Source of the DNA: a virus | Reading direction: 5' to 3' (one strand) | DNA length: 64,000 nucleotides | IMG/VR virus record: IMGVR_UViG_3300006033_000025 | Shown: piece by piece, positions 25,819 to 35,255 of the stretch | How positions within the stretch are numbered: the stretch's first letter is position 1 | How the letters are laid out: each line of letters begins with the position of its first letter | Made by a program: the position numbers and the translations under genes | Notes under the pieces: model-generated | Database searches by the model: none | What the model was told of the DNA's origin: nothing | Seen by the model: only the letters and a program-made list of their open reading frames with translations

Positions 25819-26378
25819 AGCTTCACGCCGCTGATGCGGTCGTCGTGCGCACGCAGGTGTGCGCGCAGATAGAAGACCATCTCGTTTGGGTCAGCGTTGG
25901 CACGCAGCCGGTTCCAGGGCCGTGGAAACAGGATGAAGCAGCCGCCGGCTTCAGCCCAGTCGTCCTCGTAGTGCTCGCTGTCGTCGATGAGCACACGGCC
26001 AGGGCCGCTGAGGTCTTCCTTGCGCTTGGTGAAGATGTAGCGATTGGCATGCTCTGGGTAGTAGGCTTGCAGCCACTTCAGCTTGCCCGAACAGGCCAGC
26101 GGGCTCTCGGACGGCGAGGTCAGAAAACGGAAGCTGGGATCGAACGAGTGGCAGATGTCGACGACAGCGTCGCTCCACGGGTATCGCTTCAGCCCAGTCC
26201 AGAAGCTCTCGCCCTTCAGGTTGAGAATGTCCCAGAACTGGCGGTAGCTGTAGCCGAGGTAGTCATCGACGCGCGAGTTGGTGAAGTTGGCTTCGTCGAC
26301 ATCCTTCATGTTGAAGGCTGACATGACGCCGTTCACCCAGTTCGCGATCACACCGTCCATGTCGAGGTAGATTCTCAT
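25815..26378 (-). CDS. 5'(3')-deoxyribonucleotidase, NT5C-like HAD phosphatase
   Basis: HAD motif I DMDGV at MRIYLDMDGVIANW; C-terminal RVLIDD; ATG at 26378 with AAGGA SD just downstream of a terminator hairpin. Confidence 0.65.
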   Translation of the reverse strand: MRIYLDMDGVIANWVNGVMSAFNMKDVDEANFTNSRVDDYLGYSYRQFWDILNLKGESFWTGLKRYPWSDAVVDICHSFDPSFRFLTSPSESPLACSGKLKWLQAYYPEHANRYIFTKRKEDLSGPGRVLIDDSEHYEDDWAEAGGCFILFPRPWNRLRANADPNEMVFYLRAHLRAHDDRISGVKL

Positions 26379-26384
26379 GTTGTC

Positions 26385-26424
26385 CTTGGAAAAGGTGGCG
26401 CCGGCAGCTTTCACTGCCGGCGCC
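26385..26424 (-). terminator. intrinsic terminator after SPFH gene
   Basis: 11-bp perfect stem GGCGCCGGCAG/CTGCCGGCGCC (26397..26424), 6-nt loop, then CCUUUUCC on the minus strand. Confidence 0.6.
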
Positions 26425-26431
26425 GTTGTTG

Positions 26432-27715
26432 TTACTTCTTCGGCGCCTGGACGTGCGGATCGAGGGCCATCTCCTTGGCTGCCTTGATGCCGATGAAGTC
26501 CATCACCGTTGCAGCGCTGTCACGGCCAGCACCGCCCATCATCACACCAGGGACGTTCTGGCGAGCATAGGCGTCAGCCCACTTCGCGTTCACATCCTTG
26601 AATGCTTCGAGCTTCTTGTCGAGCGCGCCGTCAGCAGCGAGGATCAGCTCGCGGCTCTTGGCTTCGGCCTGCGCCAGCTCCAGCGTGCGAGCGGCCTGGA
26701 GCTTCGCAGCATCCAGTTCCAACTGCGCGACCATCTTGAGCTGCTCGCCCTTGACCTTGGCCTGCTCGGCACCGAGCTTGGCGACGTCGACTTCCTTCTG
26801 AGCAGCGATGTTGGCGACGGCGGCTTCACGCTGTGCGTTGACCGTATCCTTCTCCTTCACCTGCTCGGCTTCGTACTTGACCGTCATCACCTTGGCCTCG
26901 CCCTGTGCCTTGATGGTCTTGGCTTCCTGCTCGGCCTGAAGGCTCTTGGCCTTCGCGGTCTGAACAGCCATCACGGCTTCCTGCTGGGCCTTCATCTGGT
27001 TGACGACGCGTTCCTCGTAGTGCCAGTCCTTGATCTCCAGGCCGTAGGCACGGAGGCCGAACTGGGTGAACGGGCTCGGTTCGCGCTGCGGCTTGCCGTC
27101 CTTGTCGACCACCGGGACCTTCTTGATCCTGGTGACTTCCTGGCCGCTGACGGGATCGGTCTCCTTGACGGCTTCGTCCTTGGTGACGTAGACGCCGTTC
27201 TCGATCTGATCCTTTGCCAGCCGGAGGAAGTCAGCACGGCGCTCGCTGTACGAGTCGCGGCTGCTCATCAGGTTGGCCGTCATGTTCAGCGCGTTGCGCA
27301 GTGACCGCAGAATCAGCTTGGATTCGAGCTGATCGAACGTGCGGAAGCCGTGATCCACGACGAGATCCACAGCTTCCTTCTCCGAACGGGGAAGGTCGAT
27401 GCGGATGGTGCCGGACAGCTGAGCGGTCGCACCGTCATTGAAGGTGACGGTGATGCGATCGTCCTGCGGGCCGTCCTTGTCAGGATCGGTGAACTCGTAG
27501 GACTCGCCGACAGGCCACACCGTGATGTTGTGGAAGTTCTGCTGGTACGATCCGGGCTGCATCTGTGCACGCACTGAGCTGCCGAACGGGGACTGGGTGA
27601 TGTGGTAAGTACCCGCATCGACGTACTCGTACATGTTCGTGGTCACCACGAACGCGGCGATGATGGAGAGTATGACTCCAATGATGAAGATGAGGGCCTT
27701 GCCTGACAGTTCCAT
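26432..27715 (-). CDS. SPFH/band-7 (stomatin/prohibitin/HflK-like) membrane protein
   Basis: N-terminal TM helix ALIFIIGVILSIIAAFVV, SPFH-like core, long Ala/Gln/Glu/Lys coiled-coil tail; ATG at 27715 with AAAGGA SD; upstream Pro-rich extension has poor codon usage. Confidence 0.7.
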   Translation of the reverse strand: MELSGKALIFIIGVILSIIAAFVVTTNMYEYVDAGTYHITQSPFGSSVRAQMQPGSYQQNFHNITVWPVGESYEFTDPDKDGPQDDRITVTFNDGATAQLSGTIRIDLPRSEKEAVDLVVDHGFRTFDQLESKLILRSLRNALNMTANLMSSRDSYSERRADFLRLAKDQIENGVYVTKDEAVKETDPVSGQEVTRIKKVPVVDKDGKPQREPSPFTQFGLRAYGLEIKDWHYEERVVNQMKAQQEAVMAVQTAKAKSLQAEQEAKTIKAQGEAKVMTVKYEAEQVKEKDTVNAQREAAVANIAAQKEVDVAKLGAEQAKVKGEQLKMVAQLELDAAKLQAARTLELAQAEAKSRELILAADGALDKKLEAFKDVNAKWADAYARQNVPGVMMGGAGRDSAATVMDFIGIKAAKEMALDPHVQAPKK

Positions 27716-27865
27716 GGGTGTCCTTTCGGGACGATGAGGCCGCCAGGGTGGCGGCTCAGGTGGTTGTGGTGGCCGTGGCGGCGATCGCCGCACAGGGCCT
27801 TCGTCGAAGGGCCAGTTGGCCCCCGACTTGAAGCGCCCGTCTGGGCCTCTGTTCGTAGCCACGGG

Positions 27866-28120
27866 CTACAAACCGCTGGACGTGATCTGTCGCTCGACTT
27901 CGTTCAGGCGATACCGGAGATCACGGATCTCCTTCTCGTCCGACAGCTCGGTCAGCTTCTGGTTGAGTTCAGCACGCAGCTTCAGCAGCTCGTCGTGGCG
28001 CGTCGGCGGCTTCGGGGCCTCCGGCGGCAGTGCATGCTTCTTGAACATCTTGGTGTAGACCACCAGGATGCCGATGAGAAGCGGGACAAAGATCAGCACG
28101 AACATGAGGATGTTGCGCAT
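27866..28120 (-). CDS. small single-pass membrane protein upstream of SPFH gene
   Basis: MRNILMFVLIFVPLLIGILVVY TM helix plus charged helical tail; AAAGGAG SD. Confidence 0.65.
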   Translation of the reverse strand: MRNILMFVLIFVPLLIGILVVYTKMFKKHALPPEAPKPPTRHDELLKLRAELNQKLTELSDEKEIRDLRYRLNEVERQITSSGL

Positions 28121-28129
28121 TGGCTCCTT

Positions 28130-28516
28130 TCAGCCTGAGATGTACTGGCCCTGGTTGAGCCAGTTGTCGTAGCGCATCTCCGCAGCGTCTGCGGCTTGCG
28201 CACGAATGGTTGCGAGTGGGAGCTGTTCGATGATGCCGCCCTGATCGTGGTTCTCGCCACAATAGATCGGATCATCGTGCCGGTTGAACCACTCCAGAGG
28301 CCCGCCCTTGCGGTAGGTCTTGTAGTAGCTCTTCGAGGCGCCGCGCTCGAAGGCGTCGGGGCCATCGTCACGGTACGGCTCGACAGTCTCTGCTGCACAG
28401 AAGGCTTCGAGAGCCTCCTTGCTGTGGCTCCAGGCCACGATGCAGCGGTTCTCGGTGTTCCCCTGCATGGGGTTCAGCACGAGAATGAAGATCGGCTTGT
28501 TCGGATCGTAGATCAT
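28130..28516 (-). CDS. hypothetical protein
   Basis: ATG at 28516 in ATGA overlap (MIYDPNKPIFILVLNPMQG...). Confidence 0.6.
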   Translation of the reverse strand: MIYDPNKPIFILVLNPMQGNTENRCIVAWSHSKEALEAFCAAETVEPYRDDGPDAFERGASKSYYKTYRKGGPLEWFNRHDDPIYCGENHDQGGIIEQLPLATIRAQAADAAEMRYDNWLNQGQYISG

Positions 28517-28698
28517 GACTTCTGCTGCTCGTCGTCGTCGTGCAGGCGCCAGACGGGGTTCGTCTTGTGCGCATGCGCCAGAGCCACAGCCTGCGCTGTC
28601 TTGCGATCGGCTGCCTTGATGCTCAGGGTCATGAACCGGCACCCAGTCTTGGCGCCGTCGGGGTTGGTGAGCTTGATCTTGAACGTCTTGTCAGCCAT
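28513..28698 (-). CDS. hypothetical small protein
   Basis: 61 aa, AAAGG SD. Confidence 0.55.
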   Translation of the reverse strand: MADKTFKIKLTNPDGAKTGCRFMTLSIKAADRKTAQAVALAHAHKTNPVWRLHDDDEQQKS

Positions 28699-28699
28699 C

Positions 28700-29290
28700 T
28701 CAGCCTTTCTGTCCCCATGGGTTGAGGAACACGAGTTGTGGGATCGTCAGCTTGGGTTCTTCGACGCACCACTTCCCTCGCCAGAGCTTGGCGAGAGTTG
28801 CTTGCACGTCTTGTTCAATGAGAGCAGCTTCTTTCACGACGCCGCGCTCATACTCCTGCCAGTTCTTCCACAGCGGTATCGGGCGGAACCCAGGACGGAC
28901 GAACTTGTCGTCTGGCTTGAGAACCCGTGACCGCTTGTAGTTGTCGTCGATGGCAGCCTGCTGTTTCTGTCGCCATTCACTCCAGAACGTTCCGAGCTGT
29001 TCGACGAAACGTGCGCCGCCATCGTGTGGCTCGCTGCCTTCGTCGAACTCATGCATCGCATCAGCTTTTCGCCAATACTTGATGGTCCAGACTTCAGCGT
29101 CTGGATCCCACGATATGTGCATGTGCCCGGTGACACCTGCCGCGTGGCCGTTACCGAGGAATCGGAAACGAACCAGCGGCAGGTACGCGTTCTGTGCTTC
29201 GTCTAGCGCGGATTGAACCCGAGTTTGAGTCCAGCGGCTCGCGCTGCATTCTTCGACAGCATCAGTGCCATGTCCTTGTTCAGCTTCCAT
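28700..29290 (-). CDS. hypothetical protein (lower-GC gene)
   Basis: 196 aa; GAGGA SD at 29290; overlaps 3' end of upstream gene by about 88 nt; A/T-ending codons more frequent than neighbours. Confidence 0.5.
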   Translation of the reverse strand: MEAEQGHGTDAVEECSASRWTQTRVQSALDEAQNAYLPLVRFRFLGNGHAAGVTGHMHISWDPDAEVWTIKYWRKADAMHEFDEGSEPHDGGARFVEQLGTFWSEWRQKQQAAIDDNYKRSRVLKPDDKFVRPGFRPIPLWKNWQEYERGVVKEAALIEQDVQATLAKLWRGKWCVEEPKLTIPQLVFLNPWGQKG

Positions 29291-30243
29291 AGATCCTCGC
29301 GGTCATTCTTGGTCGGCAGCAGCGGCTGCATCTCACGGATGATAGCTCCCATGTCTTCATTGCTGAGTGTTCCAAAGACTTCGAACACGGCCTTTCGGCC
29401 ATAACAGGCAGAGCGTCCTGCACGGTTCTCTTCGTCGCGTTCGCGCTGTGCCAGAACCTTCTGAGCATGCGTGCTCAGATCCTCGGGCATGCAGTGCAGG
29501 CGTTCAGCGCCGGTGAAGCGCTGGTAGTCACCGAGCTTCTCGCAGTCATCGGGATACTGGCTGCGAATCCAGTCCTGGAACTTGCCGATCATCCGCCGCT
29601 GCTTGTCGCGGCTGCGATTCTCAGAGTTCGTCGCGTCCGGCATGAACATCGCCGGGTGCACCAGCTCTGACGACATGACGTAGGTCCACATGTTGTGGTA
29701 CGTCTTGAACGTCTCAGCATCTGGCATCGTCTTGAAGCCAAGCAGATCCAGCGCCCGCACCATCTTCACCGGGAGCTTGATGTCTTCGAGAATCCCGCGT
29801 TCATGATCAGCACGCAGTCGGAAGCCGTTGGTCGCGAAGGTATAACCCTTTGCAGCCGCGATGCGACCAACGAGCGAGCCGAGGTCGCCGCCAGCATAGT
29901 AGAACATCGAGAACGGCATGTCCTCGTCTGGCGTCGTGATGAAATCGACCTGGATCTTCAGCTTGGAATCGTATGGCACGGCCACGCTGATGACGTTGCC
30001 GTTGGTGCTCATCTCGTTCTCAGCGATTCCGAAGTTGTGCTTCATGAAGCACGCCACGCCACCTGGGACGTAGTCGGTGAGCACGTCGATGTCACCATGG
30101 TCATCCTTCTCTTCGACCCACGGAACGAGATGCAGTCGCATCCCGTAGAGGGCGCCGAGCCGGCAGATCCGGTTGTAGAGGTTGATCACGGTCCTGGTGT
30201 CGGCTCTGCCGACACCGAGGTGGGCGAGAGCATTACCGCCCAT
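29203..30243 (-). CDS. hypothetical protein (possible nucleotidyltransferase-like GG...hGDIDVL motif)
   Basis: 346-aa ORF; N-terminal GGNALAHLG...HGDIDVL; assignment tentative. Confidence 0.7.
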   Translation of the reverse strand: MGGNALAHLGVGRADTRTVINLYNRICRLGALYGMRLHLVPWVEEKDDHGDIDVLTDYVPGGVACFMKHNFGIAENEMSTNGNVISVAVPYDSKLKIQVDFITTPDEDMPFSMFYYAGGDLGSLVGRIAAAKGYTFATNGFRLRADHERGILEDIKLPVKMVRALDLLGFKTMPDAETFKTYHNMWTYVMSSELVHPAMFMPDATNSENRSRDKQRRMIGKFQDWIRSQYPDDCEKLGDYQRFTGAERLHCMPEDLSTHAQKVLAQRERDEENRAGRSACYGRKAVFEVFGTLSNEDMGAIIREMQPLLPTKNDREDLWKLNKDMALMLSKNAARAAGLKLGFNPR

Positions 30244-30727
30244 GGGCCACCTCAGGAACAGCCGTCTTGCTCATGCCGAGCTGCATCTGCCAGTCAGTGT
30301 GTTCCTGGGCTTGCTCGCGGAACTTCTTGGCATAGTCGGCATGCAGCCGACGCAGCCGCTCGATGATCTCGGGATCGAGATCACTCGCGCGTCCCATGCG
30401 AGCAGCGTCGTACTCGGCATAGTGCTTCAGGCCGCCGATAGTGAGCCACAGGTCGTACTTGAAGGCGCTGCCATAGCAGCACATCGGAGCACGGACTGCG
30501 ATCCAGCGACAGATAGCGTGGAAGCCTCGCTTGTTTTCGAGGTCGGCGTCAGTCGACGCTCTCGTCGCGTCACCAGAGACGACCTTTTCGAGAAAGCCGC
30601 CGAGGGGTTGCCCCTCGGCGATGTACATGCGCAGCGAGTACAGCGTGTGTTCGGGGATCAGTCCATAGCCGTCGGGATCGTCGGGCGTGATCGGCATCAT
30701 GAACTGGTGTGTGTTGAACATGGTCAT
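30233..30727 (-). CDS. hypothetical protein
   Basis: 164 aa. Confidence 0.65.
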   Translation of the reverse strand: MTMFNTHQFMMPITPDDPDGYGLIPEHTLYSLRMYIAEGQPLGGFLEKVVSGDATRASTDADLENKRGFHAICRWIAVRAPMCCYGSAFKYDLWLTIGGLKHYAEYDAARMGRASDLDPEIIERLRRLHADYAKKFREQAQEHTDWQMQLGMSKTAVPEVAHGR

Positions 30728-31128
30728 GGTCCTGTGGTGTTGGATGTGTCAGGTGGTACAGGTGGTACAGTCGGTGCTTCAGGCACCTCAGGAATCCCGA
30801 GGGCCTTCAGGTATGCAGACTTGTGTCCGTTCTTCTTGGCGATCTCGATCAGCTTCACGGTCAGAGCGTCGATGTTGCCGCCGCACCGGAAAGCCAGAGC
30901 GCCGAGTTGGAACGCAAAGGTCATATCCTTTGTGTAGTAGCTGGCTTCGGCCGTGTTGTTGGTCAGCTCGACGAAGGCCGCGAAGCTGATGTTGTGCTTT
31001 TTGCAGATGGCAGCGGCCTTGGTCAGCAGTGGTGCAACCTCGATCTCGAAGAGCGAGGTCTTTTCGTCATCAGGTGCTTGCTGGCTCATTGGGCACATCC
31101 GGTGCTGCGATGGCGCTGAACATGTCAT
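30724..31128 (-). CDS. hypothetical protein
   Basis: track start 31134 is TTG; first ATG at 31128. Confidence 0.55.
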   Translation of the reverse strand: MTCSAPSQHRMCPMSQQAPDDEKTSLFEIEVAPLLTKAAAICKKHNISFAAFVELTNNTAEASYYTKDMTFAFQLGALAFRCGGNIDALTVKLIEIAKKNGHKSAYLKALGIPEVPEAPTVPPVPPDTSNTTGP

Positions 31129-31540
31129 CGCCAATCATGGTTTTGAACTCTGACGTCAGTCGTTTGCAGTGACGAACATGGAACCAGCGCTCCCACTTGT
31201 CGTTCCCAGGCGCCTGGATCGGGAGGGCCTTAGCCTCTGCTGAAGCGCCGACAGCGACAATCTTGGTGACCATGAAGTCGATGATGTCGCTGACCGTTGG
31301 CGCTGGCTTTATTGACGACCAGTCCATGTAGAACGGGAGCGGCTTCATGCCTTCTGTGCCATTCCCGCTGTCGAACAGGAGTTCGACCTGAAAGTCAATG
31401 TCACCGCTCGGTCCATAGCGGTATGGATTGCAGCGGACGCGCGAGATGCTGGCCTTGAACGGGCCATCACTGCCTTCCGCGAGCTTCCAATCGTTCTCAA
31501 CGACTTCTTCGACGGCATCCTTCGTCTTACGTTTAGCCAT
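31070..31540 (-). CDS. hypothetical protein
   Basis: 156 aa. Confidence 0.65.
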   Translation of the reverse strand: MAKRKTKDAVEEVVENDWKLAEGSDGPFKASISRVRCNPYRYGPSGDIDFQVELLFDSGNGTEGMKPLPFYMDWSSIKPAPTVSDIIDFMVTKIVAVGASAEAKALPIQAPGNDKWERWFHVRHCKRLTSEFKTMIGDDMFSAIAAPDVPNEPAST

Positions 31541-31817
31541 TATTGCGCGCCTCCCGCATCTCGCCGATCATGAGTGCGATGTCCGTCGAGTCATAGCCAG
31601 CGCAGCTCTTGTAGTCGTTTCCCTCGCGGTGCTGATCAACATAGACGATGACATCATCGTCCTGCTCAGCCGACCCGCTGATCATCCCCTTGATGAACAG
31701 CAGGGCTTCTGCGAGATCTTCGACGTACTTGTAGGTGCGGACGTCGCCGAAGCCGCTGACCGTGAAGCGCTCACGATCCGTGTGGTAGACGTTGATGTGC
31801 TTCACTTCTTGATCCAC
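31533..31817 (-). CDS. hypothetical small protein
   Basis: 94 aa, GTG start. Confidence 0.5.
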   Translation of the reverse strand: MDQEVKHINVYHTDRERFTVSGFGDVRTYKYVEDLAEALLFIKGMISGSAEQDDDVIVYVDQHREGNDYKSCAGYDSTDIALMIGEMREARNNG

Positions 31818-31951
31818 TTGTCATAGGCCCACTTGCCGGCGACGCCGACGGCAACCGCTGCGGCTGCTACGACGACGATGACAGCCTCAGCCTTCTTCTC
31901 GGCTTCGGCCTTGCCGGTGTTGTAGCCATGTCCCCATTGCTTGTCGCTCAT
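31802..31951 (-). CDS. small membrane protein
   Basis: 49-aa ORF below track threshold: MSDKQWGHGYNTGKAEAEKKAEAVIVVVAAAAVAVGVAGKWAYDKWIKK; AAGGA SD. Confidence 0.45.
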   Translation of the reverse strand: MSDKQWGHGYNTGKAEAEKKAEAVIVVVAAAAVAVGVAGKWAYDKWIKK

Positions 31952-31955
31952 AGAA

Positions 31956-33869
31956 CTATCCTTCTACGCCAAGGACGGCGTTATGGACGGTGGTCTGGAA
32001 CTTCCACATGTTCTCCAGCTGCTGACGGACGGCGGCGTCGAAGCCCTCGCCACGGATCAGCTTGCGGACCATGTGCAGTTGGAACTCGCCGAACATGAGG
32101 TCGTAGTGGTTGCAGGGCCGCTCTTGGCCTCCGCGATACGTACGAGCCATGAACTGCGTGTAGGTCGCCGGAATCCACGCATGCTCGACGAGCATGGAGT
32201 TCGCAGCGCGTGTGAGTTCGATGGATTCGGAGCCAGCGCGCTGCTGCATGAGCATCACGCGAGCACGCCCTTCCTGGAAATCGGCGATGAACGTCTTGCG
32301 ATCCTGTCGCGGTGTCCCGCCACGGATGATGCGGTGTTTGATGCCGAGCTTGGTGAACTGGTCAGAGATGAGCTGAACAGTCTCCTTGTGGTAGGCAGCG
32401 ACGACGAGCGGCTCATCCGGGTTATCCCGCAGCCAGTTGAGCACCCACGTGATCTTCGGGCCGATCGGTGGCGCGAGCGGGTCGTTGTTGGCGTACCGGA
32501 ACTCGTAGTGCGGCATGCCGTCAGACTTCAGAGTCTTGACGATGCAACGATCGTAGATGCCTTCCTTGCGGAGCGCGCTCAGCACGCGGGCCAGCGACGG
32601 CAGCTCAGGACCGCCTTCGCCTTCAACGCCAAGCGGAATGCCAGCGTCAGCACGGTACTGTTCTGCTTCGGCCTTCTCAGCTTCCGTCGGTTCACTGTCG
32701 GGCTCTTCGGTGTCCTCGATCTGCTGAGCGAGGGCGAGCGTGAAAGCACCGATATAGAGACGAGCAGCGTTGCCTGTGAGGTTCCCAGGCCACCAGACGC
32801 GGTTGTCACTGTTCTCTTTGAGCATGGTAGCCCGGAGATCGGTGATCCACTTGGGCTCTTCCCAGGTGTCGACGCCGATAGACGTCAGACCGGGCAGCTT
32901 GAGAACGTCGGCGACGTCGGGCGACGACTCGGACAGCGACTTCACGAACCGAGCCATGTAGCTACAGAACGGTCCCTGCTTATCTGCGGGCGGGATGACG
33001 AGGGACTTCTTCTTCTGCCTGCCGAACTTCGTCTCGACAATGCAGTTGAAGGCATCGCCGAATGCCCACTTATCGAAGAAGCGGGATGAACCGGGCAGAA
33101 CAATGTCCTGCACCTGGAGGATGCCTTCGGGGCCTGCATGGAGCAGCGTGCCAGTGAGGCCGACGCACCACTGGAAGGCTGCACGGATTTTGGCTATCGC
33201 TTGCGAGCGGCGGCGCTCTTCGCCCTTCGTGTTGTGCAGCTCGTCGATGATCATGGCGCCACCAAGATGGCGAGGCAGCCCAGTCCAGCGGTGTGCGCTG
33301 TCGATCGACAGAATCTTCACGTCCTTGTAGACCGTGCGCAGATCAGCGCAGTAGGATTCCCAAGTCCCCATGGCATTGAGCGGCGCGAAGATGTAGCAGC
33401 GGTCAGTGCTGCACTTGCCCAGTTTGGCGGCACCGATGGCCGCTGCGGTCGCCGTGAGCGTCTTGCCGACGCCACAGGAGAGCGCCAGGATCGAGCCAAG
33501 CCTGGATGCCGACCAGACTGCGGACTCGTGCTGGTACGGTCGGAGCGTGAAGCCCTTGTATTCGAGGAACGACGGCACGAGACCGAGCGGGTCGGTCATG
33601 GTCGTGTATTCGAGGTTGATGGATTCGGCCCAGTCGAGCACCCGCTGCACATCGACGCCGTGTTCCTTGCAGCCCTCTTCGAGCTTCTGCGTGAGCGTCT
33701 CCATCGGGTAGTCAGCTGCCGGCCCTGTCAGCGGCGTACCTGACAGCAGGTACGCCGCGTACAGGGTGAGAACAGCTACCGGCCTCGTGGCATCCTGACA
33801 GCTCTGAATCTTCGACGGCACCTCGGGCCAAGCCCGATGCGGGTCGATCATGATAGCCGGTAGTCCCAT
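31956..33869 (-). CDS. SF2 helicase, SNF2/DExH-like
   Basis: motif I SCGVGKT, motif II IIDELH, motif III LTGT, C-terminal helicase lobe; AAGGGG SD. Confidence 0.8.
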   Translation of the reverse strand: MGLPAIMIDPHRAWPEVPSKIQSCQDATRPVAVLTLYAAYLLSGTPLTGPAADYPMETLTQKLEEGCKEHGVDVQRVLDWAESINLEYTTMTDPLGLVPSFLEYKGFTLRPYQHESAVWSASRLGSILALSCGVGKTLTATAAAIGAAKLGKCSTDRCYIFAPLNAMGTWESYCADLRTVYKDVKILSIDSAHRWTGLPRHLGGAMIIDELHNTKGEERRRSQAIAKIRAAFQWCVGLTGTLLHAGPEGILQVQDIVLPGSSRFFDKWAFGDAFNCIVETKFGRQKKKSLVIPPADKQGPFCSYMARFVKSLSESSPDVADVLKLPGLTSIGVDTWEEPKWITDLRATMLKENSDNRVWWPGNLTGNAARLYIGAFTLALAQQIEDTEEPDSEPTEAEKAEAEQYRADAGIPLGVEGEGGPELPSLARVLSALRKEGIYDRCIVKTLKSDGMPHYEFRYANNDPLAPPIGPKITWVLNWLRDNPDEPLVVAAYHKETVQLISDQFTKLGIKHRIIRGGTPRQDRKTFIADFQEGRARVMLMQQRAGSESIELTRAANSMLVEHAWIPATYTQFMARTYRGGQERPCNHYDLMFGEFQLHMVRKLIRGEGFDAAVRQQLENMWKFQTTVHNAVLGVEG

Positions 33870-33872
33870 TGG

Positions 33873-35255
33873 TTACCCCTTGGGGATGAGGGCCTGGAGG
33901 CGACGGCGCGCGTCCATACCCGTGTTCTCGATCTTCTCGATCATCGCGATGGCGTCACGGACGACCACACGCGTGTTGCTTGCCTCGATGCTGATGCAGT
34001 CATTGACGGCCTCGACGAGCTGGTCGAGATCACCAACCTTGCAGTGGTAGTCCAGCGTCTTGAGCTTGGTGGAGCCCTTGACAGCACACTGGATCTTGAT
34101 CAGTGTCGAGCGGTAGGCGCGCAGTGCCTCACAGCTCGCTTTGATCGACGTCAGCAGCGTGCCAGCCGTCTTCACGGTCGGCCATCCGAGATCATTCAGC
34201 CCATCGCCAGCGTGCGTGCGGCAGCTGTCGGTGAACACGTCCATGTTGATGGTGAACTCGGCCTGCTTCCGTCCCTGTGCAGCGATGCGGTTGGCTTCGA
34301 TGAGGCAGTCCTCCATCGTCTTGGTCTCGTCGTTGAAGAACGCGATGCCGAGCTTTCCCCAGCCTTCGCGCTCGAACTCCAGCTCTTCGCGCAGGCGATC
34401 GCGCTCGGCAACGACCTCTTCTATCGTCCTGACTCGCGCGTCGAGGCGAGCGTCCTTGTTCTCAATCGTCTTGAAGCTGGCACGGATCGCGTCATGCAGC
34501 TGACCGAACAGCAGGCGCAGGTTGTCGCGCGGATGATTGGTCTCCGTGACGAGTGCCTTGCCGAGCAGCTGTGTGTTCGTCGAGGCCATGTCCTTGACGA
34601 ACTTCAGATCCGCGAACTTGCGGTCTTCGATGTTCTTGCGCAGCTTCTCGTCGAGCGCCGTGAGCGTATGGAGGATGAACTCGCGCACAGGCCGTGAGAT
34701 GTCGTACTGGATTGGCAGGTCGAACCGGGTCACGATGCTGCGAGCCGTGTCGATCATGACACCGGAGATGGTGCGGTGCTCCGTCTGGCACTGCCATGCC
34801 TGGATGCGCTTGAACGCCTCCAGAATCGTCTCCTTCTTGGTCTGCGTGAACGGAGAGTCGATGCCGAGCACCTTGAGGGTCTCGTACGCGGCCTTCTCCA
34901 TCTCGATGAACGACGGGTTGTAGTCCCGCAGCTCCGCGCGCAGGCCATCGCAGGTCTTCGCGAGTTCCTTCAGGTTGTCGTGAATCCGGTCGTTGGCGTC
35001 GGACTCGTCCTTGCATCGCTTCTGGAGATGTGCGATGAACTCGTCTTGTTTCACCAGCTTGGCACGCAGCTCGGTGTTGAGGCGCTCGACTGCCACCTTG
35101 GCATCATGCGATTGACCCGTCAGCTCGCGCTGCGTCTTGCTGGTCTGCTTCTCCTGCTCCAGCTCATGCGCCAGTCTCTCGTTGGTCATCTGAAGATCGC
35201 GCACCTGGATCTTCAGCTTCTCCATCGTCACTTCGATGTCGTTAGATGCGGTCAT
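33873..35255 (-). CDS. large coiled-coil protein (460 aa)
   Basis: long GC3-rich ORF; ATG immediately preceded by the AACGAAAACGAAAAC leader motif. Confidence 0.75.
   Translation of the reverse strand: MTASNDIEVTMEKLKIQVRDLQMTNERLAHELEQEKQTSKTQRELTGQSHDAKVAVERLNTELRAKLVKQDEFIAHLQKRCKDESDANDRIHDNLKELAKTCDGLRAELRDYNPSFIEMEKAAYETLKVLGIDSPFTQTKKETILEAFKRIQAWQCQTEHRTISGVMIDTARSIVTRFDLPIQYDISRPVREFILHTLTALDEKLRKNIEDRKFADLKFVKDMASTNTQLLGKALVTETNHPRDNLRLLFGQLHDAIRASFKTIENKDARLDARVRTIEEVVAERDRLREELEFEREGWGKLGIAFFNDETKTMEDCLIEANRIAAQGRKQAEFTINMDVFTDSCRTHAGDGLNDLGWPTVKTAGTLLTSIKASCEALRAYRSTLIKIQCAVKGSTKLKTLDYHCKVGDLDQLVEAVNDCISIEASNTRVVVRDAIAMIEKIENTGMDARRRLQALIPKG

Noticed and set aside
27716-27862. 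Pro-rich N-terminal extension of the SPFH ORF (track start 27862)
   Set aside because: Codons in the extension are A/T-ending (CCA, CAA, AGA, ACA) unlike the gene body, and a clean AAAGGA SD precedes the internal ATG at 27715.
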